Source: Octopus vulgaris (Eukaryota). From it: 64,000 bases of DNA. This document shows, one piece after another, positions 37,581 through 52,212 of this stretch. The position numbers were made by a program, and so were the translations under genes. The DNA is taken from contig OX597819.1 in NCBI GenBank assembly GCA_951406725.2, forward strand, positions 60,636,001 through 60,700,000, given 5' to 3'. Every line of letters starts with the position of its first letter. Positions within the stretch are counted from its first letter, which is position 1. A model generated the notes under the pieces. It was not told the origin of the DNA. It searched no databases and saw only the letters and a list, made by a program, of their open reading frames with translations.

Positions 37581-40000
37581 CCGTAGGAAGTTGTTCTTAA
37601 TTTGGCTTCCTTTAGTTTTTTTTTTTTTTATTCAAAAGGAAAACAAAAAGGTGCTCAATTTTATTAAGAATCCTTGGAACAATTTCTAAGGAGTTACAAG
37701 ATCTGACAGATTGGATCCAAAACAAGTGATCCATAAACTTTGTTTAACACTATGGAAATGTCGATACTTTCTTTGAGCTTGATAGCCTGCATTGATGATT
37801 ATTTCTATAAAGTGCTATGCCTTTCTTTTCTTTAAACTACAAATATTTAAAAAAAATAGGCATTTTATGTTTTCAAGAGACGACTTTCAGTGCCTATCTC
37901 AATACAGCAAAAGCAAAAAAAAAAAAAAAAACTGTTATCATATATATACTATATTAAAAAATATATTGAGAGACCAAACAAAAAAAGGAAACCAGAAAAA
38001 AGAATTTCATGTTAAAAAATGAACATTTTGTTGTCATTGACTGAGAACTTTCCAACATTATTTTACTATATTTCAGATTAAGTCTACCTTGTACATAATG
38101 AGTCATTTAATTTCTCATTCGTTACATAGCATAGATATTTCAGTAATTTATGATGTTAAATATTTTAATTGTGTTTTTTCTTTTTTTTTAACTCTGTAAT
38201 GCAGTTCAACAAAGAAAGAAAAAAGAACAAAGCTATTAATGAAAGAAATACTCTTAATCTGTTTTTTTTTTAATATTTAAAATGCAGATTAATTTAACAA
38301 GCCAATCATATTTTTAAAGGTGTTTTTTATTTTCTTTTAAATCTGTTCAATACATGTGTCTATATGCTTATTCTCATAATGTTCCAGTTTAAGAATAACT
38401 CTTCAATTATTGTTCACCTTCACACTCTTTGTTGTGTATGGCAAATACTGTCAAATTGAAGTAAGACTCACTCACCATATGTCGAATCCGTGAAATTGTT
38501 TTGTATACTGGTTAGACTTCCTTTCTCTTCACTTAAGTTGCTAATGCCATCGAGCAAGGCATGAACATTGTGCAATCACATTTCCCCCATTCCTAATGAA
38601 TGTAAGACCTCGTGCATCTGTGAGAAATCAGTAATATCTGTTATCAATAGTTCAGAGTATTTTAGTTTTTCATATACTTTCAACATCACTTTGGACCAAT
38701 TAACTCTGAAAAACCCAATAAGTATCATATCAATCCAGTATGGTGCTTTGTTGAGTAAATCCTTTTAACCACTATTTGTTCATAAGTGATTTGTATTTTA
38801 TCTCCTAGATATTAAAGCCATTCCTTTTGAATGTTGTAAAAAGAAAAAATATTTAACACTATAAAGTGGTCTTTTTCCCTAAATTAATAGATTTTTACAT
38901 TATGCTGAGCATCCAGCTAGAATTCTTTTCTGAAATCTTGTTACAAGCAAATATTTATTGATAAAAATTTAGAAAAAAAATAACCTTGCTTGCATAAATT
39001 ATTTTTTAAACCATTCACTACCAGCAGATAAAAAGAACTTTATTAATTCTAATTTAGTAGAAAATAATTGTAGTTTTGGGTAAAGTTTAAAAATTTGAAT
39101 ATAGAATAAATTACATTTTTAAAACATTCTTCTTTACATCTAGAAATGTTTTATCACCTTTCAAAAAAAAAAAAAGTTCCATTTGAAAATAGATTTTAAA
39201 AATATCTGCTTCTGGTATGTGTTTCTCTGATCTTTTTTTTTTTTTATAAAATGTCTTCAATTTCTCATTTTTAATTTATATAAATACTGATTGTTTGTTT
39301 GTCTTTGTTTTAGATATATTTATATATTTTCTACATCTTCATGTTAAAATATCATTTAGAAAACTCTTTGTTATGAAGATTTTCATGTACTGAAGTATAA
39401 GAAGCACAGGAAATGATAAAAACAATGTTTTAGTAAAAGATTTTAAGTTTGGAAAATGTCTAGTTCTATATTAAAAAAAAAAAATCTGGCCATTTTATGT
39501 TTACATTCTCAAATGACATTGTTTCTAACTATTCTACACACTGTATTATGTTTGTTAAATATGCTCAATCTATATTAGTGGAAGTGACAGCATTAAAAGC
39601 TCAAGAAATGCTTAGATGGGAACAAATAAACGTGAGACATTTGTAGCAATCTTGTGATTAGTTATCCTGTAGCAATCCTGTAGTGATATCTATGTAAAGC
39701 ATTTGATATAATAGCTAATAGAAGGAAAATCTCATGCAAAAAACAACAAAAATAAAATCCTGAAACTCTGTTTATGATTTGATGATGCATTACTCTAATT
39801 ACTAATTATTGGCATGTAGCTATGAGTCATACTGATTGTGAAAATATTATAGATCAGCATTATTATAGCTAAATGCTAAACTAAAAGGTTTAAGCTTTTT
39901 ATTGATTGGTAAGTAGATTAAGCTCAACTGTTAAAGGTAACATTTTCATATGATTGAATGAGAAGATATATTTCATAAGTAGCAGGTTAAAAATAAAATA
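37581..40000 (+). other. Putative long 3' UTR of EFHD with candidate polyadenylation signals
   Basis: Unique, very AT-rich sequence with no recognisable SINE; AATAAA at about 39105, 39625, 39751 and 39992; true end not determinable. Confidence 0.5.
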
Positions 40001-40065
40001 TTTAAAATAGTGTTCACAAGCAGAGTTTTAGTTCAAATTTATGATATGGTTTATCATCATCCTCA

Positions 40066-40096
<31 letters not shown>

Positions 40097-41559
40097 AGAC
40101 GTCGCACAGTATACAATATCATGAGGTTGTTGATTGAAGATATAGTGTTTACCAGGGGTTTGTACTGTTTGTCAAGTCACAACAAGGACCTCAGACAGAC
40201 AGTACTTTACGCAATATTATTATTATAAAGGGCAGTGAGCTGGTAGAATTGTTAGTATACTAGACAAAATGCTTAGCAACATTTCATTGATCTTTGTTTT
40301 AAGTTCAAATTCCGCTCAAGTAAATATCAGTTGATAAAATAAGCATCAGTCAATGTAATCAACTAGCTTCCTCTCCCTCACCTAAATTTCAGGCCTTGTG
40401 CCTATAGTAGAAAATTATTATTATTATTTTAAACTTTACTCTGAATATGTATAAGATTATATTTATAAGATGAACAGATGTGTTTTCTATTTAGAAACGA
40501 CAAAAGATGTATTAAAGTTTTATTTCACATCACTGCAGCTAAATACAATTAAATATTGCCAAAATCTATATTCGATATTATAAGAATATTTTTTTTCTCT
40601 TTTTCTATAAATGTTAAAATATGAACCCCAAAAGGTCATCATTAATCAATTTCTTGTGATATTTAGTGCTTTGATTAATAAGTGGTTGCCAAAATAAAGA
40701 AATGTTTTTATGCAGTATTCATAAACAAACAGGTGGAAATTGGTCAGACCAAAATAAGGAATAGGAAGGAAGAAAATAAGGGATCTTAGAACAATTCAAT
40801 TTATTTTTATTTACGTTTATAACAACTTATAATGATATGCACTATATTTTAACTAAATAGGGTTTAAAATTTGGTAAATGCTTTTTCATGTATCAGGCTC
40901 ATAGGAGAATAAAATCTCAGCACTATAAGCTTAGAATAATTATATAAAGTTCCTGTTACAGTAGTAAGTTGTACCTGTTTGCAGGATATATTAACAGCTA
41001 GGTAGACTGAGCCAGAAATAGTTACATTTTAGCCATGGATTTGGTGCTGCATTAGGATCTGATCCATTGACTCATTTGTCAGCATTTTGACAGTCATGTT
41101 TACTCAGAAAGCTGTGGATGGGATATGTAACATGGATTATTAAAGAGACATAATTCTTTGCTGGAAGCAATACAAAATTGTATCTGTTTTTATTATTTAT
41201 AAGTGAAAATGTTGCCAAAGGAAGCTTCAGATAATCAATGAGCTTTCACAGGAACAGTTGTAGTAGTTTATCATGAGGATTTTGATTTGATAGTTTAGAT
41301 ACAAAAGCCAAAAAACAAAAACAAAACAAATATTTCATGACATTCAGAGTAAAAGCTGATTGGTTGGAGCACTGCCAGTTTTATGTTAATTTATCCCAGG
41401 CAGCACAAGGTACTCACCCCTTGACCCATAACAAACAGCTAGCGGGTTGACTGAAATCATCCTCTAAGACATGTCCCTCTATACCCCCACCCAAACCAAA
41501 CAAGACTCACAGCTAAAGTACCCCAAGAGGTTCACTCAAACATGCACTGCAGTGGTTCA

Positions 41560-43262
41560 GGCAAAAAAAAAGAAGATAGAAATCTCAGCCGTCACCATTT
41601 TGAGAAAGTCACTAACTCCATCAAACTGGACATTTTTTATCCAGTACTGCAACTCATACCAGGCCATCTTTCAAACTGTGAAGTACATTTCTGTATATCA
41701 TAGTCTGCAAGCTCTCCTCTCTCAAACTGCGACTGATCCTTTTGGTCCCTTACCAGAAGGCTCCTTGCCAACTTTGTGGAATCCTCTTTTTGTCCATTTC
41801 TTGAACATCTGTAGCCCACTTTGCTTACAGTTCTATGCTACATACATCATTCAAATTTCCTACCAAACTATTCCCTTCCACTTCATCAGGTTTGCCACTA
41901 TGCATTAAGTATTGAAACTACCTCTGGTCACTTCATATTAACAATGTCATCAACACCGACAGTGTCCAGTAACCTCTAACAATGATCCTCTGAGCTAACC
42001 CCTACCTTGACAAAATCATTCACCCCCCCTCTCTCTCTCCACACATCTCAGTCTTTGGCAATGCAGTGTGTTTCACTCCTAGCAAGGGCAACTCTATTGT
42101 CTCTGTCAACCTCTGTCCTATGGCATTCACTTCTAACATTTCAAAGGTGATGGAGACAGCCATTAACAATAACAACCTTCTCTAACATCTTGAATCTCTC
42201 TCTCTCTCTTTTTAATGACCTTTAACACTACATTCATTGAAGCCTCACTCACTGGGTACAAACTCTCCAATGTCTCTCAATGATAGTGCAAGAATCTCTT
42301 CTTTTGGATCAGTGGCTTCCTATCAGATTACAGCATTATGGTATATGCTGATGAAGCTCTCTCTCTCTCTCTCTAACCATCACTCTATTCAACTCTCTAT
42401 GTCCCAGGACTTGTTTTCGCCCTCAATGCTCTTGCGGTACATCAACAGCTAACTTGTCATCACCTCCAACAATACCCACTTATACATTCAACCTAAGCAT
42501 CTCATGTTAAACCAGCACAAACTTCAGGAACAGCAGCTTCAAAAAGATCTTCCAATAAAATCATATCAGTCTTGTTTCCTTCAACAAAAACATCAAAGAA
42601 AGATCTAGTCATTTCACATATCAAGAAAATATCACACCTCACTCCTACTAAACATGAAAAGCATGCAGCTAGAACCTTCAAAATTGCTTCAATACTAGGC
42701 TTCACCATCACTGAGGATCTCTGTCCAGGCGTATGTGTATCCTCAACAGAGCAAAACTGGTCTTCCTTTTCATCTCCTAACTACCACAAAGCTCTGGTGA
42801 AACCCACAGTGGTGTAGTAATGCTGCCACATGTGGGACATTGCTACTGCCATACACATGAAGATTCCACAATAAAGCCACTTGATTGATTGATGTAAAAT
42901 CACTCGCAAACACACTCTAACCTCTGATCTATGGATGTCCTGCCTCTTCTGTCTTTTCTATCACTTCTACCCTAGTCTCTGTTCCTTTGGTCTCATACCA
43001 CCTCCATTTAGACATTCCTAACCTACTTGTCTCTCATTTTCTCTGCACCCATTTTGTACCCATTCACCTGGGCCCTATGTTAATCACTACCCTGAATACT
43101 CCCCCCCTTACATCACCCACCCCTTGAATTCCATCGCTGCAGCAGTCAATTTGCAATCGTTCAAGAGGAACGTTAACAGTATCATTCTCACTAGTCTCTG
43201 AGGTGGACATGGGTAACAGTTCTTTCCGCCAGACCAAACCAGTATTAAAAAAAAATAAATAA
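41560..43262 (+). mobile_element. Decayed Jockey/CR1-group LINE (RT region to 3' end)
   Basis: TPSKGNS...CPMAFTSNISKVMETAINN..L*HLES (RT motif PIPKKG..NYRPIALTS..SKVME), LGFTITEDL, CCHMWD, VNLQSFKRNVN, A-rich tail 43247-43262. Confidence 0.75.
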
Positions 43263-44881
43263 ATCATGAACAACGAAGAAAAACCAAAGACAATATTGTC
43301 AACCTTACTCTCATCTAATTTATCATTCTTCCAAACCTAATGATCCTTGCCATTCTTTCTTCTGCATCAAGAGATCCTACATAAATGGTCCTTCCACTTT
43401 AAAATAGCTAATGAAAAAATGTTTTGAATAATAACATTTCATGAAATAAAAACAAATAGCTTTCTGAAGAATTTTCTACAGAAGTACACCATTGCTACTT
43501 ACTAAAAAGATTATTGTTGATTAAAATAAAGAAACCAGTATAATTGAAAAAACAAAACAAAAAAAAACTAAAAACAAAAAATAAGAAAAATTTTAAAAAT
43601 TACTATACTTGTTACAGTCATCTTGAAATAGGAATGTTTTAATGGAAAAAAAGAATGTATTTCAGCTAAAAAATTAATTTTAATTTTACAATCTTTCTTA
43701 ATGTTGCTATCAAGACTTTTTATGTGTATAAATATATTAACTTTATCTTTGTGCCTGAACAAGTGAAACCATTTCAGTATCTTTCATTAATCGAACTCGA
43801 CGAGATGACATCAATGTTCCTCTATGTTGTCTGCTTATGCATCCATGCATATGGTATGCAACATGCATCTAAAGAAAATTAAACTACATGTAAAAAAAAA
43901 AACAAAAAAAAAACAAAATGAAAAAAAAACCCCGTTTGTTTGGAACATTGCAGAATCCTCTAAAGGCCTCAAGATGATGATAAATGGCTAGTTAACCGAA
44001 TTACATTGCTAAAATATTAATTCAGCAGTAAATTTATGATGCTATAAAAATATCCTAAAATCATCTTGATATTTTCTGGTTTACATCTAAAGAATCCTGC
44101 ATACGGATGTATTTTTTCATTTTGTTCTGTTTGTTTTTTATTCTTTTTTCCTCCCTCTTCTCTGTAGAACTTTTTCATGTCATAACATTTCAAACATTTT
44201 TTGCATACATAGACTATCAAAATTTAGACAGAATGTTGATGGAGATCTCGAAGAAAATAGTATGAAAGAAATTTAGAAAATTGTGTAAATTTTGTGCCAA
44301 ACAAAAAATAAATAAGTAAAAACTCTAAATGTGACCATGGATATCTAAATGATTTGGAAAAATTGTTTATAAATAATATACTTCATAAAATAAAGCCTAT
44401 CCTAACACTAAGGGTGACTTAAAAATGCCAAGCTTGTTTTCTTCTTGTTTGAGAATGTTAAAAAAGTAAAAAAAAAAGCTGTGATAAATAATAAACAACA
44501 AAATAAAGAAGGAAATTGCTTTCAAAATTTAGAGATATTACTTGGTTATGAAAGCAACCCTGACAACACCAGAAATCAAGAAAACATTACAGAGATGAGA
44601 TCAATTTTGGTTATAAAAGAAAAAACGTCAACTTACTGCTGCTACAGAGAATACATGAAGCTCTAATACAACCATTGTCTTATCTTTATATTACTTCTAT
44701 CTCAACAAAATTTTGGTATAAGAAAATGTCAGCATTGAATGTTGGCATAAAAATTCTACTTGCATTGAATAATAGCAGACTCATACACAAATATCTATAT
44801 ACCTACGCGTATCTGTGTATGCATGTGCAGATGATATATATATATGTACAAAGGTATCTGCATGTAAAGGTATATATATGT

Positions 44882-44912
<31 letters not shown>

Positions 44913-46167
44913 AAGTTACAATATATGGATTCAACTAATCTGGTGGTACTCATTAAAAAAGTTCCTTAATGTGTCATTCTAGAAAAAATAGAATTTATAG
45001 AACAATACAAAAGAAAAACATGGGTGTATAAAATTATGAATAGAGAAAGAAATATATTATAAAATATATTTTACCATTGGATATTCATATTTAACATGAA
45101 TATCCAATGCTAAAATAGATTTTATCATAGTATATTTATCTATTTATAATTTTATATATATACATCATCATCCAGTGCTTTAAATCCTGATTTTGTCCCC
45201 GTTAACAGAGTTGGCCAGATCTACCTCAATGTGATAGCAACTGAGGTAGGCAGGTGCAGCCCACCCCAACCTTTGGGCTGGCTGGTGCCCATTCTCCTTT
45301 GCTATCATGAGGCTTTTTGGAGCTGGATTTTCTACCCCCAACATCAGTTTCTAGACATGAGTGGTCCCAAAGCCTCTACCATGATTTTTAAGAAATGTGA
45401 TAAAAAACTAGCTCAGGGACGCTACTCCCTGAGACCCCTTCTGGAACCCCCCTATATATGTGTGTGTGTGTGTGTGTATATATTTATAGGTTACGTTTGA
45501 AATTAAAGTTTAGATAGGAGACTTTAAAATGTAGTACATTCACCACATATGGCTACCTGGCATCATCCGTAGTACTGCACATTAGTTGCAGGATCTACGT
45601 AAGGAATTCCTCAGTGCATGTTTAGTATATTTTAATTATCCCTTCAGAGTGTATTGAGTGCTTTTATGTGACACCAGCATGGGTACTTTTTATGTGATAC
45701 TGGTGTATATATTGTGTGTGTGTTTGTATGTATATCACTGTGTGGTTAAGAAGTTTGTTTTGCAACCACATGGTTCCAGCCTCAGTACCCAAGTGTTTTC
45801 TACTATAATCCCTGAGCCAACAAAACCCTTATGAGTAAATCCAGCAGAGAGAAACTTAAAGAAGCCTGTCTTAAATACAAATATTTGTTCATACATGCAT
45901 CCATATGTATACAATGTATGTGTGTATTTGTGTCTCCTTCTCTTTGACATTGCATGATAGTTGCGTGTCACCATGCATATAAGCAGTGAGAGTCATTGCC
46001 ATTCTTTCAGGAAAACATGTCCATCCTTGCAGAATTATCATCTTGTTTGGAAATAGGCGAGGAATGGCAACAGAAAGGGGATCTGGACACTGAAAATATG
46101 CATTTATGAATTCCATCTAATCCACATAAGCATGAACCAGCAGACATTAAAATGGTGTGACATACAA

Positions 46168-46241
<74 letters not shown>

Positions 46242-46596
46242 TATATCATATATATATATATAACATCAGTGTCCCCCATCACTGCTTGGCAATTGGTGGT
46301 GGTATGCTTAGGTATCCATAACTTAGCTGTTCAGCAAAAGTGTCCAATAAAATTAGTACTGGGCTTAAAAGAAGAAAGAAAAGTACTGTAGTTGATTTGT
46401 TTGACTGAAAAATAGAATATTCAAGGAGGTGCCCCAGCATGGCTGCAGTCTGATGACTGAAATGAATAAAAGAAGATATATATATATATATGTATATATA
46501 TACAAACTCACACACATGCAAATATATATATATATACATACACACATATATACATATATATACACACATTTATATATGTGTTTACATATATATATG

Positions 46597-46677
<81 letters not shown>

Positions 46678-47539
46678 TTATATATACATATATATGTATG
46701 TATACATATATGTATATATATATATTTATATATACATATATAAATATGTATGGATACAAATGTATGTATGTATGTATGTGCATATATGCACTTGTAACTG
46801 CAGAAATGAAAATAATGTGGGATTGTACTTGCTGTAGGATTTAGTCAAATCCCACAGCAAGAGTGGTTCTACATTTGTGAGCACACACATGTGATATAAA
46901 TAATGTACATGATGTTTTGTGTGTGTGTGTGTTAGTTTATTTTCTTATTTTATAAATGTCATTGTCATTTCAGGCAGTGTCATCCATTTCCAATATTCTG
47001 CAAAAACATTTCTGGCCATGGAGAAATATTACCTGGCTTGGAAACTGGTGAGGGTTGGTGACAGGAAGGGCATCCATCCAGCCATAGAAAATCTGTCTCA
47101 ATAAACTCTGACCAACTGATGCAAGCATGGAAAAGTGGACGTTAAATGATGATGCTGATGAAGATGGTGGTGGTGGTGGTGGTAGTGGTGGTGGTGGTGG
47201 TGGTGGTAGTGGTGGTGATGGTAGTGGTGGTGGTGGTGGTGACGACGATGATGTCTATGACAATGCATAAAATGCACCCCCACTAACACATACAGCACAG
47301 TTGATGCTGGGTTATATCATTATAACGTGCATGCTTAAACATTTGAGTGGGTTGCTGTGTATGGTGTATAATCTTTGTTTTCTGTGATCTTGTGATACAA
47401 ATCCAAACAAAGCCATTCTTCTTTTTTTTTTTTGCACTGTGTTATTTGTTTTACTTGAATCAACAGTTTGTTGCTATCATTAAATTTTTACTAGATATTT
47501 CATCTTTAAAAATAGTCATATAAATCTGATCATGTGAGT

Positions 47540-47928
47540 TACTCTTTACTCTTTTTACTTCTTTCAGTTATTTGACTGCAGCCATGCTGGAGCACCACTT
47601 TTAGTCAAGCAAATCGACCCCAGGACTTATTCTTTGTAAGCCTAGTGCTTATTCTATCGGTCTCTTTTGCCGAATCGCTAGATTACGGGGACGTAAACAC
47701 ACCAGCATCTGTTGTCAAGCAATGTTGGTGGAGACAAACACAGACACACATACATACATATATATATATATACGACGGGCTTCTTTTCAGTTTCCATCTA
47801 CCAAATCCACTCACTAGGCTTTGGTCGACCTGAGGCTATAGTAGAAGACACTTGCCCGAGGTGTCACGCAGTGGGACTGAACCCAGAACCATGTGGTTCA
47901 TAAGCAAGCTACTTACCACACAGCCACT
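47540..47928 (-). mobile_element. SINE family A
   Basis: Reverse complement of consensus. Confidence 0.85.
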
Positions 47929-48943
47929 TGCTAACTATTTCATTAGCTGCATAGGATATCTATGCTGAATTCGTTCTATCCAAGCTCAATCCTATTAATC
48001 TCAACCATCACAGGCTAATTTGAGTTTCCTTCCTTAATCTTCTGGATAATAACCAATGTGCTTGCTTTATGCAGCCTGCAAAGTTGGTAGAATGCCAGAG
48101 TAAGGAGAACAAGAATAGGGTGACCTCATTATATTTTACATTAGATTTACTTAGCATAGCGTATGCATTTGTAAAGACTAATTGAGCTCCACTTGTGCAA
48201 AGCGCTAGTTCTGACATTAATATATATTCCACTTGGGAATTATGGGTAATTTTCCAAGCCCAAAATAGTTGATGCTGGATTAATTTGTCATATATGTTTA
48301 CTTCGTGTTGGTTTTAAATATATAAGTCAACAAAAATATCAGTTGCTCTCTTAATAAATATAAACATAAGGAATAAATTCTTGTTTACAAGTATCAGCCT
48401 AGATCCATATTTCACTAGGAGTGTAAGATTTACTAAACTAGAATAAGAAATACCAAGAAAGATATTTTTCTTCTTGTATCCACAGAGCAGCTGCAAAAGG
48501 ATTGGTGGCATTGTCGTGTGAATGTCATTTATTGAACTCTTTCATGTTACCAATATCCAAGGTACCATGCAGGGACTGCTCCTGAAACCATTTGATTGGG
48601 AAGCACATTTCCTAACCACATAACCAATGATTAACCTAATGGTTAAATACATAACATACATTGGAAAGCATCTTACAGGTGTACATACATTTTGGTTCAT
48701 AAGTATTACATTTACATACTTTTGAAAAAAAAATGCTGATGTATTGAAATATTTGTGCAACTGAAATATATTCATTGATAAATAAATATATACGCTGGCA
48801 GTGCCCCAGCATGGCCACAGCTCATGAGCTGAAACTAGATAAAACAAAATAAAATAAAATAAAAAAATAAAATAAATCATCATCATCATCACCACCACCA
48901 CCACCACCACCACCATCACCATCACCATCATCATCATCATCAT

Positions 48944-49833
48944 TATTATTGCCTTTGCACAGCTTCTAATGCTGGAGATGTACTATGGTGTCAGCTGTTC
49001 ACTACTTGTGAACTAAGGTAACACCCATTATTTTTCGAGCACCTTCCAGAGTATTCGAGTGGTTCTAAGCAGTGCTATTTTCTGCAAGTGCTCCACCCTT
49101 ATTGCAGCCCCTATTTGTTCCATGTACTTCTCAAGATTTTTACTCACTGTTCCCAGGGCTCCAACATTTATTGGTACTACTACCACCTTTTTCATCAACC
49201 ACAACTACCTAACCTCCCAAGCTAACCTGTCATATCTATCAACTTTTCTTTCATCCTTATCACATACCTTGTTGTCAGCTGGGCATGCTATATCTATGAT
49301 CCATCATAGTTTGTTTTCTTTCTCAATTAAGACTATATCTGGCTTCCTATTCTCTATTTCATGGTTGTACTGAATCATAAAATCACACAGGATCTTTGCA
49401 TTATCATTTTTGATGATGCCTTCGAGTTTGTGGTTGTACCAATTTTTTGCTATGTCAAGTCCATCAATGGACAAACCTTGCTATATTGTCGTGACATCTC
49501 TTATATTCCTTCTAGGCTAGTCGTGTACATTGGCTGGTAATATGCCGTACGGTTTCACCATTTTGTCCACAAATTCTGCACTTATCACTTTCTGATGTGT
49601 TGTCTATTACTCTTAACTCTTTTACTCTTTTACTTGTTTCAGTCATTTGACTGCAGCCATGCTGGAGCACCACCTTTTTAGTCGAGCAAATTGACACCAG
49701 GACTTAATTTTTGTAAGCCTAGTACTTATTCTATTGGTCTCTTATGCTGAACCGCTAAGTTACAGGGATGTAAACACACCAGCATCAGTTGTCAAGCGAT
49801 GTTGGGGGGACAAACACAGACACACAAACATAT

Positions 49834-49869
<36 letters not shown>

Positions 49870-50046
49870 ATATATACGACGGGCTTCTTTCAGTTTCCAT
49901 CTACCAAATCCACTCACAAGGCTTTGGTTGGCCTGAGGCTATAGTAGAAGACACTTGCCCAACGTGCCATGCAGTGGGACTGAACCTGGAACTATGTGGT
50001 TGGTAAGCAAGCTACTTACTACACAGCCACTCCTGCGCATATTCTG

Positions 50047-50050
<4 letters not shown>
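48944..50050 (-). mobile_element. R4/Dong-clade non-LTR retrotransposon 3' fragment (CCHC knuckle + restriction-like endonuclease), split by a SINE at 49609-50039
   Basis: KYRIDNTSESDKCRICGQNGETVRHITSQC, HDNIAR, RKPDIVLIEKENK, IIDIACP, VPINVGALG, LQKIALLRTTRILWKVL*; TAA-type repeats on both flanks. Confidence 0.85.
49609..50039 (-). mobile_element. SINE family A inserted in the R4 element
   Basis: Full-length copy flanked by TATT; removing it rejoins the R4 frame KYRIDNT. Confidence 0.85.
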
Positions 50051-50083
<33 letters not shown>

Positions 50084-50107
50084 CATTATTATTGTTATTA
50101 TTATTAT

Positions 50108-50142
<35 letters not shown>

Positions 50143-50147
50143 TTACT

Positions 50148-50472
50148 GAGTAAGAGAGCAATGCATGTCATCAAACTAACACTGGAGTACAAATATACGA
50201 AGCCCAATATACCAATCACAACAACCCATTTGATAAGGAAACGCCAGGCATATGCATCACAATCATATGTGCATGATATGGTGATCTAATATCAAGACAG
50301 ACAACATGTGACCTTGCAGGTGGGACCCAGTTAGAATTTTCTTCAGGTTGAGTAGCCTATCATGCTCAAAAGGTCTCTGAATAAGGGTTGTTTAAGGATG
50401 ATGAATGAAACACCATGTTTCCAGAGGTGAATTATTCAAATTCCAAAGAATTCCTCTCAAAACATGGTTATG
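50148..50472 (-). repeat. TAA-tailed interspersed repeat; second partial copy at 50703-50841
   Basis: Two similar copies (gagt.agagagca...acaaatata.gaagcccaatatacc...gcatcacaa.catatgtgc), each abutting a (TAA)n run. Confidence 0.6.
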
Positions 50473-50669
50473 ACAGAATCATTAGCTCACTGGGCAAAAT
50501 GCTAAGCAGCAGTTTGTCAATCCTTATGTTCTGAGTTCAAATTCTGCCATGGTTGACTTTGCCTTTCATCTTTTTGGAGTCAATAAAATAAGTACCTGTT
50601 GAGCATTGTGATGGATGTAATCAACTTAAATCCTTCCCCAAAACTGCTGGCTTTATGCCCAAATCTGAA

Positions 50670-50702
<33 letters not shown>

Positions 50703-50991
50703 GAGTGAGAAAGCAGCACATACCACCAAAGTGATGCTGGTGTACAAATATATGAAGCCCAATATACCCATCATGACTACCTGTCTGATAAGGGTACACC
50801 AGGCACATGCATCACAACCATATGTGCGCAACATGGTGACCTCTATTATTATCATTCGACATTTGATAGTTTCAGGCAAATTTCTACGGCATCACCTGCT
50901 ACACCTCTGGGTTACTGAAATGCATGCATTATTATTATTACTATTATTATTATTATTATTATTATTGTTGCTGTTGTTGTTGTTATTATTA

Positions 50992-51149
50992 ATTTTTATC
51001 TCAGATTTTGTTGTAACTCTTGAAGTCTTGCATGCATAGCAGGCTTGCTGCCTGCAACCTATGGTACCATACCGTCTGTTCTTTTTAACTATCTAATACT
51101 TTTCTAATTATTTTGGCCATGCCAAGGAGGCAAATCTTTTGTAATAATT

Positions 51150-51150
<1 letters not shown>
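50992..51150 (-). mobile_element. Second R4/Dong-type 3' end (different subfamily)
   Basis: ELLQKICLLGMAKIIRKVLDS* plus short 3' UTR, embedded between (TAG/TAA)n and (TAA/CAA)n. Confidence 0.7.
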
Positions 51151-51197
<47 letters not shown>

Positions 51198-51913
51198 TTA
51201 TTATTATTATTATTATTATTGAGTCCTTCTGTTTAGTTGTAGTCTTCTCAAATGTCTTTCACGGACTATAAATATATTTTATATATATATGTGCGTATGT
51301 GTGTATGACACACCCCAAATGTCTATATATTCTGGCATACATAATTGAAACTTGCAAGCCCCAGTTTTAGTCATCTAGAAATTGAATATGTCAACAATGC
51401 ACTAAGTAATTATTACCTCAAAGCATAAATTGCATCATATTTTTAGGATATTCTAAAAATAACTTTCCAAAGCAGATTTATTAGCAGGAATCTAAATATC
51501 AACCCAGGAACAAAAGAAAAAAAGAAAGGAAAGAAAAAGAGTAAAGAAGAAAAAGCTATTTGTAAAGTATTAAGGGAGCTATTTTTAAAGAGTTACTTTA
51601 CCAAATTCTTCAACCACCTGGAAGTTCTATGTGTGAGATTCCAAAACCATAACCATTTTGGTATGGGTGTCTTAATGCTACATAATATAAGTTGCTGTGT
51701 AGATAGGAATCAGTGGTTAATATTCTACCACTGGTACTGTGTTATGTTTGCAAGCAGAAGATTTGAGAACTTTTATATCAAAGGCGTGAGCCCATTACCT
51801 GCAGCTAAAATTTTACCTGTATTCAAATTTAAAGCTACCTATTAATAGAACCTCATAAAAACTGATATGGAAAGAAGTATTGAAACCATTAGATACTCGT
51901 ACACACAATAAAA

Positions 51914-52212
51914 GTGGAGGCACATGGCCTAGTGGTTTGAGCAGTGGACTCACAGTGAAGGAATCATGGGTTCGAATCTCAGACCGGGCGATGTGTGTGT
52001 TTATGAGCGAAACACCTATGCTTCACGCGGCTCCAACAGAAGGTAATGGCGAACTTCTGCTGACTCTTTCGCCACAACTTTCTTTCACTCTTTCCTCCTG
52101 CATCTTGCAGCTCACCTGCGATGGACCAGTGTCCCATCCAGGTGGGGAACCTATACGCCAAGGAAACCGGGAAACCGGTCCTTATGAGCCAGGCATGGCT
52201 TGAGAAGGAACA
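51914..52212 (+). mobile_element. tRNA-derived SINE family D (V-domain-like); diverged copy about 29750-30000
   Basis: TGGCCTAGTGG A-box, GGTTCGAATC B-box, CCTGCGATGGACCAGTGTCCCATCCAGG resembling the V-SINE domain. Confidence 0.7.

Noticed and set aside
37420-37689. Listed 89-aa basic ORF
   Set aside because: Wrong frame over the real EFHD last exon (37449-37580)
51914-51990. tRNA gene candidates at SINE heads
   Set aside because: A/B boxes are present but no complete cloverleaf was found; they continue into SINE bodies
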